DNA from: Patescibacteria group bacterium
GTDB lineage: Bacteria; Patescibacteriota; Microgenomatia; UBA8517
Direction: 5' to 3'
Length of the DNA stretch: 55,443 nucleotides
Assembly: GCA_036835125.1 (NCBI GenBank)
Contig: DAITMO010000001.1
Coordinates: 1-55,443 of the forward strand
The translations under genes and the position numbers were made by a program. Of the stretch, positions 53,979 to 55,443 are shown in pieces. Within the stretch, counting starts at the first letter, position 1. Each line of letters begins with the position of its first letter. The notes beneath the pieces are model-generated. The model ran no database searches and was not told the origin of the DNA. It saw only the letters and a list, made by a program, of their open reading frames with translations.

Positions 53979-55443
53979 ATGAAAATCAATACTAAATTTA
54001 TAACCAAAGAAAAATTAAAAAACCTTTTTACAACCAGGCGTGGAATTAAAGCGCTTGTTTTTTGGGTTCCTGTTGTTGCAATTTTTACATATCTTTTTTG
54101 GGGAATGCCTTTTCCTACCAAACTTATATCAGAAACTCTTCCTGTTTCAACAAAGATATTTGATAGAAATGGAGAGCTTATCTACGAAATTTATACAGAC
54201 AAAAAAAGAACACCTGTAAAGATTAATGAAGTCCCAAAACATTTGAAGGATGCAACAATTTCTATTGAAGATAAAAATTTTTATAAACATAAAGGGGTAG
54301 ATATCTTAGGTATTGTTAGAGGCCTTTCCAAAACCATTACTCAAGGTAGGGCTGAAGGTGGTTCAACTTTAACTCAACAGCTTGTAAAAAATTCTCTTTT
54401 AACTAACGAAAGAACAATAAGAAGGAAAGCTCAGGAATTAATTCTTACCGTAATCATTGAATCAATTTATACAAAAGATCAAATACTGGAAATGTATCTT
54501 AATACAATCCCCTATGGTGGCACTGCATACGGAATTGAGTCAGCAAGTGAAACGTATTTTGGAAAAGAAACAAAAGATTTAAATCTTGCCGAATCAGCAC
54601 TTCTTGCAGGTCTTCCACAAAGACCATCGACCTATTCCCCATTTGGAGCACATCCTGAAATGGCAAAAGGAAGACAACAAGAAGTCTTAAAACAAATGGT
54701 CGCAAATAAATATATAACTCAGGAAGAAGCAGATAATGCATACAATGAAAGCCTTTTGTATGCCAATATTTCTCCAACTCAGGCTCCACATTTTGCTCTC
54801 TGGATAAAAGAACAATTGGCAGAAAAATATGGGGAGAAAAAAGTTGAACAAGGAGGTCTTAGAGTTTATACAACCTTAGACCTTGAAATACAAAATCTAG
54901 CTCAAGCAGCTGTCGCTACAGAGGTTGGTAAACTCAAAAAACAAATGGTTGGAAATGGAGCTGCTATTGTAACAAGACCATCTACCGGTGAAATACTAGC
55001 AATGGTTGGTTCCAAAGATTACTTTGCAACAGATGAGGATGGAAAGGTAAACGTTGTTTTATCCCAAAGACAACCAGGAAGCTCTATTAAGCCCCTTAAT
55101 TATGCACTCGCTTTAAGAGACAAAAAGATTACTCTTGCTACAGCTTTTGCTGATGTTCCTACCTGTTTTGGAGTTTTTGGACAAGCTAATTATTGTCCTG
55201 TTAACTATGATGGGTCATATCATGGACTTATACAAACGAGGTTTGCACTTGGAAATTCATACAACATTCCAGCAGTTAAAATTCTCGCATTAAATGGGGT
55301 TGAAAATTTTATCAGTTTTGGAAAAGAAATGGGTTTAACCACCCTAACTGAAGCTAAAGATTATGGTTTATCAGCTACTCTTGGAGGACTTTTGGTTCGT
55401 CCCTATGATATGGCTGTTGCTTTCGGAGTTTTCGCAAATCAAG
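53979..55443 (+). CDS. Class A penicillin-binding protein (transglycosylase-transpeptidase), truncated by the window end
   Basis: Translated by hand: TM, IEDKNFYKHKGVD, GGSTLTQQLVKN, RQPGSSIKP (SxxK), SYN (SxN); not in the ORF track because no stop lies in the window. Confidence 0.93.
   Translation, partial: MKINTKFITKEKLKNLFTTRRGIKALVFWVPVVAIFTYLFWGMPFPTKLISETLPVSTKIFDRNGELIYEIYTDKKRTPVKINEVPKHLKDATISIEDKNFYKHKGVDILGIVRGLSKTITQGRAEGGSTLTQQLVKNSLLTNERTIRRKAQELILTVIIESIYTKDQILEMYLNTIPYGGTAYGIESASETYFGKETKDLNLAESALLAGLPQRPSTYSPFGAHPEMAKGRQQEVLKQMVANKYITQEEADNAYNESLLYANISPTQAPHFALWIKEQLAEKYGEKKVEQGGLRVYTTLDLEIQNLAQAAVATEVGKLKKQMVGNGAAIVTRPSTGEILAMVGSKDYFATDEDGKVNVVLSQRQPGSSIKPLNYALALRDKKITLATAFADVPTCFGVFGQANYCPVNYDGSYHGLIQTRFALGNSYNIPAVKILALNGVENFISFGKEMGLTTLTEAKDYGLSATLGGLLVRPYDMAVAFGVFANQ

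Noticed and set aside
4004-54789. Numerous short antisense or out-of-frame ORFs in the track (e.g. 4004-4315, 9062-9349, 29259-29618, 43181-43582, 52656-53090, 54499-54789)
   Set aside because: Shadows of well-supported genes, with no motifs or independent start signals

Overview
This window comes from a low-GC Candidate Phyla Radiation (Patescibacteria) chromosome, most likely Microgenomates/OP11 (inferred from 16S signatures and DUF5667/DUF5654-type genes). It uses genetic code 11 and most genes are on the minus strand. It opens inside a 16S rRNA gene interrupted by two group I introns (E. coli positions ~1078 and ~788), each encoding a LAGLIDADG homing endonuclease. Next come a divergent purA, an sxtI/J/K-like carbamoyltransferase cassette with an SGNH protein, and three tRNAs. 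A thiol-redox/metal cluster follows: dsbA, trxB, trxA, DUF134, an unannotated 27-aa metallothionein-like gene, TauE-cupredoxin, an HMA chaperone and a Grx-like operon, with two ArsR/SmtB-type operators. The rest holds housekeeping and repair genes (gdh, pth, ATP-dependent ligase, fic, nnrD, recF, mutM, 5'-3' exonuclease, ftsH, trpS), two divergent CAT tRNAs, a Xer-like recombinase, a VirD4/HerA-like ATPase, an nrdR-nrdJ-pduO operon with tandem NrdR boxes, an RnlA-like HEPN protein and a class A PBP cut off by the window end. Three observations stand out. (1) An apparently minimal transcriptional T-box riboswitch sits upstream of trpS, with an ultra-short Stem I and no Stem II or elbow platform, directly behind a strongly degenerate tRNA(CAT). 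(2) The Cys-rich microprotein and its operator define a putative CPR metal-response regulon. (3) The S788 homing endonuclease ORF overlaps its ribozyme core. All calls are by-eye motif recognition; no database searches were run.
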